A stretch of 64,000 nucleotides of DNA from Takakia lepidozioides (taxonomy: Eukaryota; Plantae; Bryophyta): contig CM060733.1 of assembly GCA_030704615.1 (NCBI GenBank), positions 42,718,001 through 42,782,000 on the forward strand, in the 5' to 3' direction. Positions 1 to 11,996 of this stretch are shown one piece after another. The notes beneath the pieces were generated by a model. It saw only the letters and a list, made by a program, of their open reading frames with translations. It ran no database searches and was not told where the DNA came from. The position numbers and the translations under genes are program-made. Within the stretch, counting starts at the first letter, position 1. Every line of letters starts with the position of its first letter.

Positions 1-400
1 GAGTGGGGAAAGAGAATGGAATTGCAAGACTCCATCAAGGTCAGGAAACATGAATTATACCATGTGGAAGAAGTACGTGCTGATGCAGCTGATAATATGA
101 CCAGAATTCAGATGAAGCGAAAGGAACAGTTTTGATGAAGGCAAGTTAAAAGACTTTTAAGACGGGGGATTTGGTTCTATGGTTGCAGAAGAAAGGAAAG
201 ATTCAAGCTTCTAAGCTTAAATCACCATGGAAAGGACCTTATGTCATACAAAAAAGTATGATAACAACACCGCCATGTTACAAACCATTAACAAAGAAAT
301 GCTGGGAAGAGTCAATGCAAATAAGTTGAAGGGGTACAGTGGTATCCATGACAAACCCTGCAACATGATTTGCATGTTGAACCGCAAGAGCAGTCACGAG
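1..400 (+). pseudogene. Integrase C-terminus (GPY/F-like region, KLKSPWKGPY) of A1, frameshifted
   Basis: Matches 18301-18989 (-), which reads KLKSPWKGPYVIQKMYDNNTAML; several 1-nt indels. Confidence 0.85.
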
Positions 401-477
401 CTGCACCAGTGTTACGAACGGAGTATGGAGCACTTGTCGCTAGGCCCAGCATATATGACCAGGGTGGGCAAAACAAA

Positions 478-690
478 CGTGACACAGCCTATCACAGCCC
501 AGCACGGCGCAACACAGCCTATCACAGCCCATCACGACGTGTGACACAGCCTATCACAGCCCAGCACGGCGCAACACAGCCTATCACAACCTACCATAGC
601 GTGTCACAGCCTATCACAGCTTACCACAGTGCATCACAGCCTATCACAGCGTAACACAGTATGACACAGCCTGTCACAGCTCAACACAGC
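478..690 (+). repeat. ~30-bp tandem repeat (ACACAGCCTATCACAGCCC core) downstream of integrase
   Basis: About 6-7 imperfect units; an equivalent array with a different copy number lies at ~18385-18610. Confidence 0.9.
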
Positions 691-1378
691 CTACTAAAGT
701 TACACGATCCATAGAATCAGTGACAAGTGGACGCATAATAACTTCAGGAAAATGGCTGACGGAAGAGGAAACGGAAATTACTTTAAAAATAGACACGTGG
801 AGGTCAGGGCGCGACACACAGTCGAGAAGGAAGTGCAAGAACAGGTGTCAAAAAGAAAGATGACAAGAACGGCCGTCAAAAGGGATGAAAGGCGGGCCCA
901 TTAATGAGTACGGAAAAAGGGAAACGGAACGAACGGCAAGTACAGAAAAGCGGAATTCTTGTCATGTGTGATCCTAGTGGACTATCCAACAGGGAAAGTC
1001 CACTAAAGAAGATAAAATCTAAATCCAGTCACAGCGGATACAGCCATAGAAAACCAGAGAAAGGATCAAGAAAATGGAGGGAAATTGAGCGCAAGAGGCG
1101 GCGTCGTTCTGAGTAACGGGCGTCTCGACAGGACAGACCATCAATGCTATAACTTGGAAACTATGGAGGAACTAACAGACTATACGCTCGCAATATTACT
1201 TACGCAGTGGCATAGACACGAAAGGACAGAGCAGAGCTTTTCTCTCGAGCGATGCTTGCAAGCCCCGCAGGCTTACAAGAAATTACCCATAGCTTTCTGC
1301 GGCAACCATACGTTTATGCTTTGTGCACTACAGGCATTCCTGCAGTTGTTACAGCCCAAACAGTTCTGTGAGTCTAAA

Positions 1379-4300
1379 ATGAAGAGAGTGAGAGGAATGG
1401 AGGAAATCAGGGTGAAGAGCACCACAATTCTGCAGAAACAAACGATTGCTACCCCACAGGCGATACAGATACTGGAGGAGCTGAGATTGCAAGGATTGCA
1501 AAGCCTAGATTGGACACTACACCATAGACAGTACATGTTACAATTTTTGCAGAACTTTGAGCCAAGGACAGAACAACAACGGTGAAGGGAGTTGAATTAA
1601 TGATTACTCCCCTATACCTCCAGCAATTGTTTCGATTGCCAGCAGGTCAGGTGCATGTGGAGGAACACAGGGCAAGACTGCAAATAGGGGACTTATTCAA
1701 GAAGGGAGTTTCTTTAAAACTCAGGGTTATGCTTGTACCAAGGCTGTGTACCCAGGGTTAAAAGAGGTAGGCCAGGTATTGAACGTTCTGATTGCCATGA
1801 AACAGAACCAACAGTATTTGAGCAGATCCTTCACGGAGGAAATACTCAAAGGCCTGAAGGGACAAGAGGTACAATGGGCGGACATAATGTACAACGCACT
1901 GGTAGAGGAGATGAAAAGATTACAAGGTACTACCGCAAAGTCTCCTATAATAGTGTCTGGCCCAATCATTGCTCAAATAATCCTTGATTCTGGCATACTT
2001 AATGCGCAAGAAAGAAAGGAAATGGGAGTGTTTGAGCCAGCAACAACTGCAATGGAAGAGCAAGGCTCTTCACACAGTGAGGGTGGACTAGCAGGGCAAC
2101 CTGAGACTAAGAGGCAGAGACGGGGAAAGACTGTGGTGGCGGATCCACTGGCTTCACGGATTCCGCATGATAATGTTTCCCAAGCTCATGGCCAGGAAGG
2201 GGCACAGCAGCACAGAGAAATGCTATTACTGGAAGCAGGACCTTCAGAGAGGGAGGAGGAAGTTACTTCTGTATCACAACCATCACAGCCACCTGAACGA
2301 CTTGTCACAAGGTCACAAGTTATCCATGCAGCTCAACCAGAAATAATTGATTTGGAAAGTGAAGGGTAGATATTCCAACTACAGAACAGATAGTGGCAGA
2401 AATAGAGAAGGGGGACCTTCTCTATGAATATTCTGGTCTGGTCAAGGAGACAGAAATCCCAGAGGTGCAACAGTTGCCCAAGGGAAATCCTGAGGTGCAT
2501 ATAATACACACACCTGTGTCGGAGGTACCACAGGCGGAAGGTCATGACACTGTAGCACCGGTGATAGATGAAGTAGTTCAGGAAGAAAATCCGGTGGGAC
2601 AATGGCCTGAATGGTTAGTGAGACATCACACTGTTGAAGATCAGGAGGAACAGCAGCAACCTCACCATGATGACCCTCAACAGGCAATGCTGATGAGTTC
2701 CATAGGCAGGACACTTAATTTGTTGGGGACTTATGTCAAATCCCATGTTCCAATTACCCAATTGACAGCCTTGAGAGAGGAACTCAGGAAGGAGTTTGAG
2801 GCTCGACTAGCCACTGAGTGTGCAAACAAGGTCGATGAAGAGGTCACTCTCAAAGATGAAGCAGGACTTGGGAAATACAGAAATGGCTTTGCAATTGGCC
2901 AAGGAACAATTGATTGAGGCAGGCCTCGCGCAAGACCAGTTGCACGAAGCACATAAGCAACAGCTATACCAAATGCAGGTGCAGCATGAAAGCAAGTTGC
3001 AAGAACTGAATGCACTACATACGGAGTTGCAGACAGTGCATAACAGGATGGCGATACAATGTGCTACATTCACAACTATGCTTGACCAATCTACAAAAGA
3101 AATAAACAGTCAAGCGGAAAAATGTACGAAGGCAGAAGAAGAGAATGTTGAGCAAATGAAGCTCATTGTCGATATGAAGAATACAATCTGTCGCAATGAA
3201 GATACTTTCAAGCAATACAGGCAGATTGAAGCTGATCAAGAGAAGCACATCGTGGAGTTGCAGCAAACCATCATGGCCAATAGAAATGAAATCGCGGTCA
3301 ATAACAAGGCTTGGAAGGAAGCCAATAATCTACTTGCTGCTTATGAACCTCAGGCAAAGCGCATGGAGGCTTTACAACAGCAGTTGGAATTGTACAAGCT
3401 AAGAGAGGAGCAAACTCTCAGGGGAACCACAAGCAACTTGGTGGATAACAGCCTTATGCAGGTCTGGTTAGCACAAGGGCCAGTAGAGGGCAAAGCACCA
3501 CGGAAGCTCACCCAAAGCGAGATGAATGAGCTCAGGCTGCAGGTGCAGAACATTGCCACAACTACTATAGACAATGTCTATAGTAGGATAGCAGAGTTAC
3601 AAGAGGATGTAGACGGACTGCAGACTCAAGTGGAAGACCTCACTTCAAACATCGACCAAAGAGTCTATATCCCTCAGGAACAGCTAATGGCTTCTTATTT
3701 ACAAGCCAGAACTTTGGCTTTTCAGTCTTCACAGGAGGGGCAGGAGATGCCAATGATACAAGAGCCAGTACCACCACCACCACAACAAGTCACTGTACCA
3801 ATAGCTGAACCTGTGGTTACTACAACCACACCACAGCCACCACAGCCGGAGGTATGGGGCAATGCCGCTTTTAACCCACCTAAAACTCCAGCTGCAAGGG
3901 AGTACAGTAGGGCTATGATTATGCCCTTCAACCAAATTCCCATCATGTTGGATTTGGCTTGGAAAGAATTTAGTCCTCCGCAGTCATTCGCACATTACTA
4001 CCAAATCATGCGTATATGGCTGCCAGTGGCAACTAGGACTAAAGTTCTTCCGAACAATCGACATATTGAAGATCATCACTTTGCACAATACTGGCACGAA
4101 GCAGGTACCATGTTGAGGGAATTGATTGCTTTCCAGGTTGTACATGGACTCATTTATACCAAGACCAAGGAGATAGCAAGTATTGTCATGGGGTGCGGGT
4201 TATACTACGCTGCTTGTTTTCTGGTACGTTACCACATTGAGCAACAAAAGATGCAAACACGATTTCTGAGTTATTCCAGTGGAGATCATTGGGTATTACC

Positions 4301-4928
4301 TTCGGTGCCACCTCATATGTACCTATATGACCCAAAAGTTATGATGCAAAAGGATTCTCAAATTCGTTCATGGTTTCAAGCGGCCTGCAACCATTTGTCA
4401 ACACAGAAATTCGGCATTGATGACATTTTCTATAAGGGACATGTGGCATGGAAATACTTGCACGCTTGCACCAGTAATTGCACAGTAATTGGTACCCCAC
4501 TCACCTGGACAGACAAGGAGCTCAGTGTCTACACCAATTTTGCTGTTCAGCGGTTACACCAAGTTGTAAAATACAAACTTCCAGACATGGTAGGACAGCA
4601 TTGTATGCCCCAGATGATTCCACAAAAAGTTCAAAAATTAAAACACCTGAGAGGCGATGAGGATTCTGATACAACTGTTTCTTCACCGAATTCTTTTGAC
4701 ATGGGAGAAGACTATGCAGTTCAGATGGCAGAGAAGAAGCGAAGGGGGTCTCCTATGCCGGAAAGGTTACCTCGATATCAGCCTCCAGAGGGCCTCACTT
4801 ATCCAGGTAGTGATCAACCATCTCCGTCAACCAGAGACAGACCTCGGGCTCGTACACACAGTCCGCCACGAAACTCTCAACGTCAAGAAGGTGCTCACTC
4901 ACAAAGGTTTGCTAGTCGAAATCAGTAA
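1379..4928 (+). pseudogene. Extra 3' ORF of family A (~1,180 aa when frameshifts are repaired): N-terminal Athila/'plant transposon protein'-like domain, acidic linker, long coiled coil, conserved C-terminal globular domain
   Basis: ORFs 1085-1585, 1746-2369, 2393-2917 and 2820-4928 are joined by 1-nt indels that copies A2/A3 lack (e.g. ESEGIDIP reads through there). It lies between integrase and the PPT. Confidence 0.8.
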
Positions 4929-4949
4929 ACCGTGAGGACACGGCTTTTT

Positions 4950-4966
4950 GAGGGGGGAAGGGGTAA
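4950..4966 (+). promoter_or_regulatory. Polypurine tract (PPT)
   Basis: GAGGGGGGAAGGGGTAA immediately 5' of the LTR TG. Confidence 0.9.
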
Positions 4967-5980
4967 TGTTAGAGGACTGTCGGGGACTTAGACACTTATA
5001 CGGGATCTGTAGGGTACCCTTAATTTTTGCACAGACTGAGACCAACAGGAGCCTTAGGGTGACAGCAGCGCACTGTAGAGGGGGGTTACACAGCCCATCA
5101 CAGTCGTCACAGTCGTCACAGCCGACACAGCCAACACAGCCGTCACAGTCGTCACAGCCAACACATCCAACACAGCCAGTCACAGTCGTCACAGCCGACA
5201 CAGCCAACACAGCCCGTCACAGTCGTCACAACAGACACAGCCTGGCACAGCCACACAGCCAGTCACAGCCCGACACGGCCAAACACAGTCGCACAGCCAG
5301 TCACAGCCCGTCACAGTTTCACACAGCCAGTCACAGCTTGACACAGCTGTCACGATCATAGGAAACGAAGAAGAGTAGGACAGGGAACGACTGTGGGGAA
5401 CAACACCTGCGAAGGGAACATGTTAGTTCACAGACACGGTTAGTGAGGGAAACGGTTAGAACCGCGGATAGGAAGATAAAGGGAAAGAAACGGGGAATTG
5501 AGGGACATCATTCGGAGGAGGACTTCTTGGTGATAGAGGAGAGGGGATCGGGCAGAGATGAAGAACGGAAGTGAAGATAGAGAGATGATGAGTAGATGCT
5601 TGATATATGCAAGGCTGTAATGATATTGTAGAGGAGATTAGAGACACAATGGCTTCGGCCTGATACCTGATAAATCATAATCGGATACTTTTACGATACA
5701 ATCACACTGTGTAGAGAGATCTGAGTGAAGCTGTGGAATGAATGGATGAGTTGATGGAATCCAATAGATTGATAAAGCAAACTGATACTTAATTATCAAT
5801 GGTAAGATAGTTAACATGAATACCAAAAGGGAAACAAATAGGAAACACCCCATGATACACTAGCTGTAGGTCATGACTGATTGTTCTGCGCGGGCTGAGT
5901 ACTTAGAGATTTCCAACTCTTCAATCTTGGAGTTTCCGCCTCGAATAGCGAAGGGATGGGTGAGTAAAAGCCGCGCGACA
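4967..5980 (+). repeat. 3' LTR of A1 (1014 bp) with an internal (GTC)ACAGCC microsatellite-like array at ~5088-5355
   Basis: TGTTAGAGG...CGCGCGACA; homologous to four other LTR copies in the window. Confidence 0.95.
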
Positions 5981-7545
5981 ACCAGTAGAACGAACGGGGA
6001 AGGGGACTTTGCACCCAATACTACCAAACAAAAGAACCATTGCAGCGCTGGGGGCTAGACTCATGGCATTAAACCTCCAGCAAGCTACACACAAAACCAA
6101 TACATCCTCAAACACTGACTACTACCAAATGGGTAGAGGCCAAGGCAATAAGAGACAACACTGCCATATCAATAGCCAAATTCTTATATGAAAACATCAT
6201 CACACGATTTGGTTGCCCACTGGAATTGTCAGTGATCAGGGATCAATTTCATAAATGAGGCCATAAAATGCGACGGAGGAGGTTCATGATTGTACATCAC
6301 AAGAGTACTGCTTACTATCCTCAAGGAAACGGTCAGGCGAATCTACCAACAAAATATTTATGCACTATCTTAACCAAGATAGAATGCCAATCGTACAGAT
6401 TGGGACACCAAATTGAACACAACACTATGGGCATTCAGGACATCATACAAGGTGACCACGAAGCATACACCATTTCAACTGGTGTATGGAGCAGAGGCAC
6501 TATTACCCATTGAATATTTGATACCCACACTACGAACCGGAACTCATGAACGATGGGGTTTAGAAGAATCCTTACGAGTCAGGGAATATGAGTTATTCCA
6601 TTGGAAGAAGTTCGAACAGATGCCGCAGATAACATGGCACGGATTCAGGAACAACAAAGGAAAAGAATATCCGAAGGGAAAGAGAAATCTTTCCAGGACG
6701 GGGACATTGTTTTGTGGTTACCTAAAATCAAGAAGATCAAACTGGGCGGAAAATTGAAAATGCCATGGATGGGACCATTTCAAATCAAAAGGGTACATGA
6801 CAATGGAACTGTTGATTTGCAGACCTTGGAACAAGAATTCGTGGGACGAATTAATATTAACAAGTTAAAAGGCTACCAGGGAATACATGACAAAGCCCTT
6901 ATACATGATTCATACGCCAACGAGGAAGATCAAACTGAAGATGAGGAGCGCAAAACCACCAATGCCTACTACATTCATCACGACACGGTGAATCAGCATG
7001 TACTAAGACAGGTGGCAACACGAATTCAAGGCACCACGACGGCTAGACCACCATTCATCTGGAGGACAACATTACCACCCCGTATACCGTATGATGAACC
7101 ATCGCCAGCACAAATGCCCTACAGAACCGTGAACGAATACGAAGCAGCCAACGAGTCATTGCTTGTGTTAAACTCCGAGATGTACGCTCCAGATCACCCC
7201 ACCGACCAAAGTAATCATACACCACTACCCTTCGATCATAACACGGAGGCAAAACGACGGCGCAATCCAACGGATTGCCAAAAGACAACGGATGGTAAGG
7301 GCAAAGCCATTAAACCAAGCTGCAAGTACTGCGCCCACGCCGCCCATCTAAAAACAGACCATGTACCAAAGTGGATGAACACAGCTCAGAGGGATGAACA
7401 TAAACTGACCAAAACTGGACAATCATCAACGACCATCAATTTTAACCAAAGCAAATCACGAAGAAAAACCAACGAAAGAAAATCAAGCACAAAAGGAATG
7501 AAGTTTTCTCAAAACCATTACCAGAGGCTAAATGCTTCTTGGTAA
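5981..7545 (+). pseudogene. Integrase core and C-terminus of family B, many frameshifts
   Basis: Fragments 6009-6191, 6268-6513, 6413-6757 and 6601-7545 align by eye with the A2 integrase at 18986-20155. Confidence 0.85.
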
Positions 7546-7790
7546 GCCTGGGCCTAGCAATTAAAGCTAACTGCACTTTAAACTCAGACAACCAGCAGGA
7601 CAGAATTACCTCCATGACAACCTCGAGAGAAGTTAGAGGAGAACCCCTACTTAAACCCAGAAGCGAACTCCTCACCTTCTCTTCCGCAAACTGGAAAATG
7701 TTCTATACACAACTTCCAGTGTGCTTCATACTCGTTGTGATACAAGAATTGGTGCTCCAATTCCTTACAGCAACCGCAAGACTAAGCGAA

Positions 7791-10534
7791 ATGGCAGCCA
7801 CCAAGCGGAAGGCACCAAGTTCTTATGCGCAAGTGAATTTCAAAATCAGGCCCGACGTTGCGGAAGCTTTGAGCAGGACACAGAGACATAGGAGACGTTG
7901 CAGTCTGGGGCCTGCGAGCCTTCATCACCACGCTTGGACTGGAACCTGAAACACGACGAGCTGTTTGCAGGGAGTTCTGGAGAATTACAACACCAGCACT
8001 CGGAGCACAAATGGAACCTGAAACACGACGAGCTGTGCAGGGAGTTCTTGGAGAATTACAACACCAGCACTCGGAGCACAAATGTCCATGACACACACAT
8101 CCTGCTGACGGAGAAGTACTTGGCGGAAGTGTCTCACCTTCCTAGTCTGGATGTACCAGCGTACAGCGGCAAACCTCTAAGGTTTGTACTTGCAGATTTG
8201 TTTGAGAATCTCAACTAAGCAGATCAGGGCTACACATGCTGCCACAGCAAAAGCCTCGGCTTTAGGAAGATAGCCCCGGTACTTAGCACGTTGCTTTGCC
8301 TCAGGCAAAACCACAGCTACTGTACCAAGGAGCTAATCAATCAAGTGTTGATTTGCCTCAATGGGCAATCGTGAATTGGGCAAGCTTCTTATTGAGGAAG
8401 TTAACCCAAGAACTGACCCGGTTGACAAAGAAGAAGAAGGAAGCAACTGTTACTATGGCGACTCCCTTGTTACTCCAAATGATTCGACATACTGTACACC
8501 TAACGCCCGAAGAGCAAGCGACGTTGGGGATTATGCAACGGGTAGATACAATGGAGGAAGAAGGGAGTGAGACAGCAGTAGGATAAGAAGAAGAAGAGGG
8601 CGGACTTGCAAAGAGAGCCCGAATCAACGAAGCAACCACAAGTACAGCAGCAGAGGACATCATCAACTCGACGGCTGATTCCCCAGTGCAGAGAGAAGGG
8701 GAGAATCAACAGCCAAAAGGAGGAAACCAACCACAGACCAACGAAGCAACGCCCATGGAAATTAGCCATGGCAACACCGAAACCTAGCAAGCAACACACA
8801 CAGAGGTCACACAACCAGGAACATAGGAGGGAGACATAGTGGCACAGCAACAGTAGATAGTGCAAGAGGCACCCAACCAGCAACAATAGCAGATGGTGCA
8901 AGAGGCACCAAATCAGCAGCAGCAAGACAAAAAATCCAATTTGGAATTACTACTAGCACAACAAGTTTTGGATACAACAGCATGGGACACAGGGTTGGAG
9001 GAGACGCCGTAGAATACAAGCATTGGGTCAACTAACAGCTTGTATGGACAAGGCTAAGGATTACATTAGCCCGGAAAACATGAGCATGATCTTAGACCAC
9101 ATCAAAGAGAAGCACTAGAGAGAATTGGCCACTGCAAGAACAGTATGTAACCATGAGGTTACAATTGCAGCATTAGAAGATCAAAAGTCGACCCTACTTT
9201 GCCAATACAACACTTTGGCACAACGCAGAGATGAGTGGGAGCAGAAGTGGGAAAGACAGAGAGACGAAACACGCCATGTCCAAGTTGACCTCGATGCAGA
9301 GCGAGAGAGATCTCGGAAAACAGAGATAGAGGTGGAAACACTCACAGCACATGTGCAAACGTTAAAGTAGCAGGTGGAGACACTCAAGGGGCAGCTGAGG
9401 ACTGCCAGAGATCAGGGAACCAAGTGGCTCAACAGCAACACTACACTGCTGAAGGAAAGGGAGAATGCTGAGAGCAGGCTGTTTACCGCCACCACAGAAA
9501 GAGACATTGCCATGGGCAATGAACAAGAATGGAAGCAGCAGCTGGAGAAGCTGACACTGCAAGCAGGGTTGGATGCAGTAGACACAGCCTTAGCCAGAGC
9601 CTAGTTGAATAAATGGAGTGAATTGGAGATGAAGAAACTCAACAGGGCAATGGTGAGGCAGATGAAATGTCAGTTGGCGAAATTGGTGACAGACATTCAT
9701 GAGGAGCTCATGGACGAAGAGGAACAAGAGGAGCAAGATCACGAACGAGAGACACCAATACAATCAACAACAACAACAACAACAACAACACCAACCCAAA
9801 CACCACCAACAACACAACCACCACCAAGTCAACAAACACTGGTACAGGCCACAGCAAGGCCATCTACTTAAGAGGTAAACCCTGTAACACTACCAAGTGT
9901 CCTGGTAGCATCAACTTCAGTAGCAGTGGATGATTTCCAAATCATGCCATGCAAGCAGGATGGGGAGTGGTTAAAGTATTCAGAGGAATACTTTAAAATG
10001 ATGGTAGTACCAGCCCACCAAATCCCAGAAATACTGGAGAAGGTTTTCAAAACCTTAACCCCCTGCAGATCATTGGGTCAATTGCATCTGCTCAATCAAA
10101 CTCTTATTCCTCTGAGATATAGGATGAGGCCACTGGCTAAGGAGGAGACATGGTCAGGGGCAGAATTGGTTGAATTATGGCGCCAGGCTCTCCTGGAATA
10201 CAAGGAGCTGGTAGCTTACATGTGGGCAGTGGGGCAATTGAAGATTAATCCTACCCGGGTAGTAACCATTGTGATGGGATGCCCAAGTTTTTATATTGGC
10301 AGTTACTTGTACCGGATGTTCGTGACAATGAGGGGAAGCTGGCAGCACTATGAGAGTATTGAAAAAGATACTCACTGGGAATTACCCAAATTCTAGCCAC
10401 CAGAGAGAGTCACATGCACTTCAGCATATATAAATAGGCCACTGTATGCTGAAGCATGGCGCCAGGCAAAGGACCACTTTTCACTATTGGTATTGGACAG
10501 AGACCACCCTTTCAGAGAAACAGGGGTCCAAGCT
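7791..10534 (+). pseudogene. Extra 3' ORF of family B (degraded; coiled coil, poly-Thr, C-terminal domain shared with family A)
   Basis: LDWNLKHDELCREFLENY vs A LDWTLHHRQYMLQFLQNF; MVVPAHQIPEILE..IVMGC..HWELP vs A MIMPFNQIPIMLD..IVMGC..HWVLP; several in-frame stops. Confidence 0.75.
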
Positions 10535-11034
10535 NNNNNNNNNNNNNNNNNNNNNNNNNNNNNNNNNNNNNNNNNNNNNNNNNNNNNNNNNNNNNNNNNN
10601 NNNNNNNNNNNNNNNNNNNNNNNNNNNNNNNNNNNNNNNNNNNNNNNNNNNNNNNNNNNNNNNNNNNNNNNNNNNNNNNNNNNNNNNNNNNNNNNNNNNN
10701 NNNNNNNNNNNNNNNNNNNNNNNNNNNNNNNNNNNNNNNNNNNNNNNNNNNNNNNNNNNNNNNNNNNNNNNNNNNNNNNNNNNNNNNNNNNNNNNNNNNN
10801 NNNNNNNNNNNNNNNNNNNNNNNNNNNNNNNNNNNNNNNNNNNNNNNNNNNNNNNNNNNNNNNNNNNNNNNNNNNNNNNNNNNNNNNNNNNNNNNNNNNN
10901 NNNNNNNNNNNNNNNNNNNNNNNNNNNNNNNNNNNNNNNNNNNNNNNNNNNNNNNNNNNNNNNNNNNNNNNNNNNNNNNNNNNNNNNNNNNNNNNNNNNN
11001 NNNNNNNNNNNNNNNNNNNNNNNNNNNNNNNNNN
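10535..11034. other. Assembly gap (500 N)
   Basis: Run of exactly 500 N. Confidence 1.
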
Positions 11035-11958
11035 ATCCGAGGCGGAAACTCCAAGATAGAAGAGTTGGAAATCTCTAAGTACTCAGCCCCGCGCAGAACA
11101 ATCAGTCATGACCTACAGCTAGTGTATCTCATGGGGGTGTTTTCCTATTTGTTTCCCTTTCCGCATTCATCTTAGCTACCTTACCATTGATAATTAAGTA
11201 TCAGTTTGCTTCATCAATTTATCGGTTTCCTTCACTCCTCCATTCAATCCACAGCTTCACTCAGATCTCTCTACACAGTGTGATTGTATCGTATAAGTAT
11301 CAGATTATGATTTATCAGGTATCAGGCCGAAGCCATTGTGTCTCTATTCTCCTCTACAATATCCCTACAGCTTTGCATATAACAAGCATCTACTAATCCT
11401 CTTTCCTCCTTCATCGTGCTCTCGATCTCCGCTCCGTCCCCTGACTCCGAAATCCTCCTCCCCCCAATAATAATCCCCTTCTCATTCCCGTTCTTCCCTT
11501 TATCTCCTATCCGTAGTTCTAACCGTTTTCCCTCACTAACCGTCGCTTGTGAACTAACATGTTCCCCACAGTCGTTCCCTGTCCTGGCTTTCCGTTCCCT
11601 ATGATCGTGACAGCTGTGTCAAGCTGTGACTGGCTGTGTTGAAACTGTTGACGGGCTGTGACTGGCTGTGCGACTGTGTTTGGCTGTATTGTCAGGCTGT
11701 GATTGGCTGTGTGGGCTGTGTCGGCTGTGTCGACTGTGACGACTGTGTGACGGGCTGTGTTGGGCTGTGTCGGCTGTGACGACTGTGACGGGCTGGCTGT
11801 GTCGGCTGTGACCTGTGTCGACTGTGACGGCTGTGTAACCCCCCTCTACAGTGCGCTGCTGTCACCCCTAAGGCTCCTGTTGGTCTCAGTCTGTGCAAAA
11901 ATTAAGGGTACCCTACAGATCCCGTATAAGTGTCTAAGTCCCCTACAGTCCTCTAACA
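11035..11958 (-). repeat. 3' LTR of A2 (outer ~34 bp lost in the gap); PPT at 11959-11975
   Basis: Ends CCTCTAACA followed by TTTACCCTTCCCCCCTC, the PPT on the - strand. Confidence 0.95.
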
Positions 11959-11996
11959 TTTACCCTTCCCCCCTCAAAAAGTCGTGTCCTCACGGT

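Larger units (their letters stand above)
1..5980 (+). mobile_element. Ty3/Gypsy LTR retrotransposon family A, copy A1 (3' half: integrase C-terminus, extra ORF, PPT, 3' LTR)
   Basis: Near-identical to the reverse complement of ~11035-19085 (minus the 15513-17634 insert). Has a PPT and a TG..CA LTR, and is followed directly by integrase sequence of another element. Confidence 0.95.
5981..10534 (+). mobile_element. Ty3/Gypsy family B fragment (integrase plus extra ORF); host of A1 and cut by the gap
   Basis: Integrase motifs (FLYENIITRFGCP, STAYYPQGNGQA, LWAFRTSYK, KLKMPWMGPF). Its extra ORF is homologous to but clearly diverged from that of family A. Confidence 0.85.

Noticed and set aside
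2820-4928. Extra ORF as a true envelope glycoprotein or host myosin/SMC gene
   Set aside because: No clear signal peptide or transmembrane anchor. The coiled-coil resemblance is compositional, and the ORF sits inside the LTR element in three copies.
4899-5361. Cys-rich or His/Ser-rich ORFs (CVGCDDCD, HSRHSR) resembling metallothioneins, also in the other LTRs
   Set aside because: They are translations of the LTR ACAGCC array.
10446-11175. Long ORFs spanning poly-X
   Set aside because: Artefacts of the 500-N gap.
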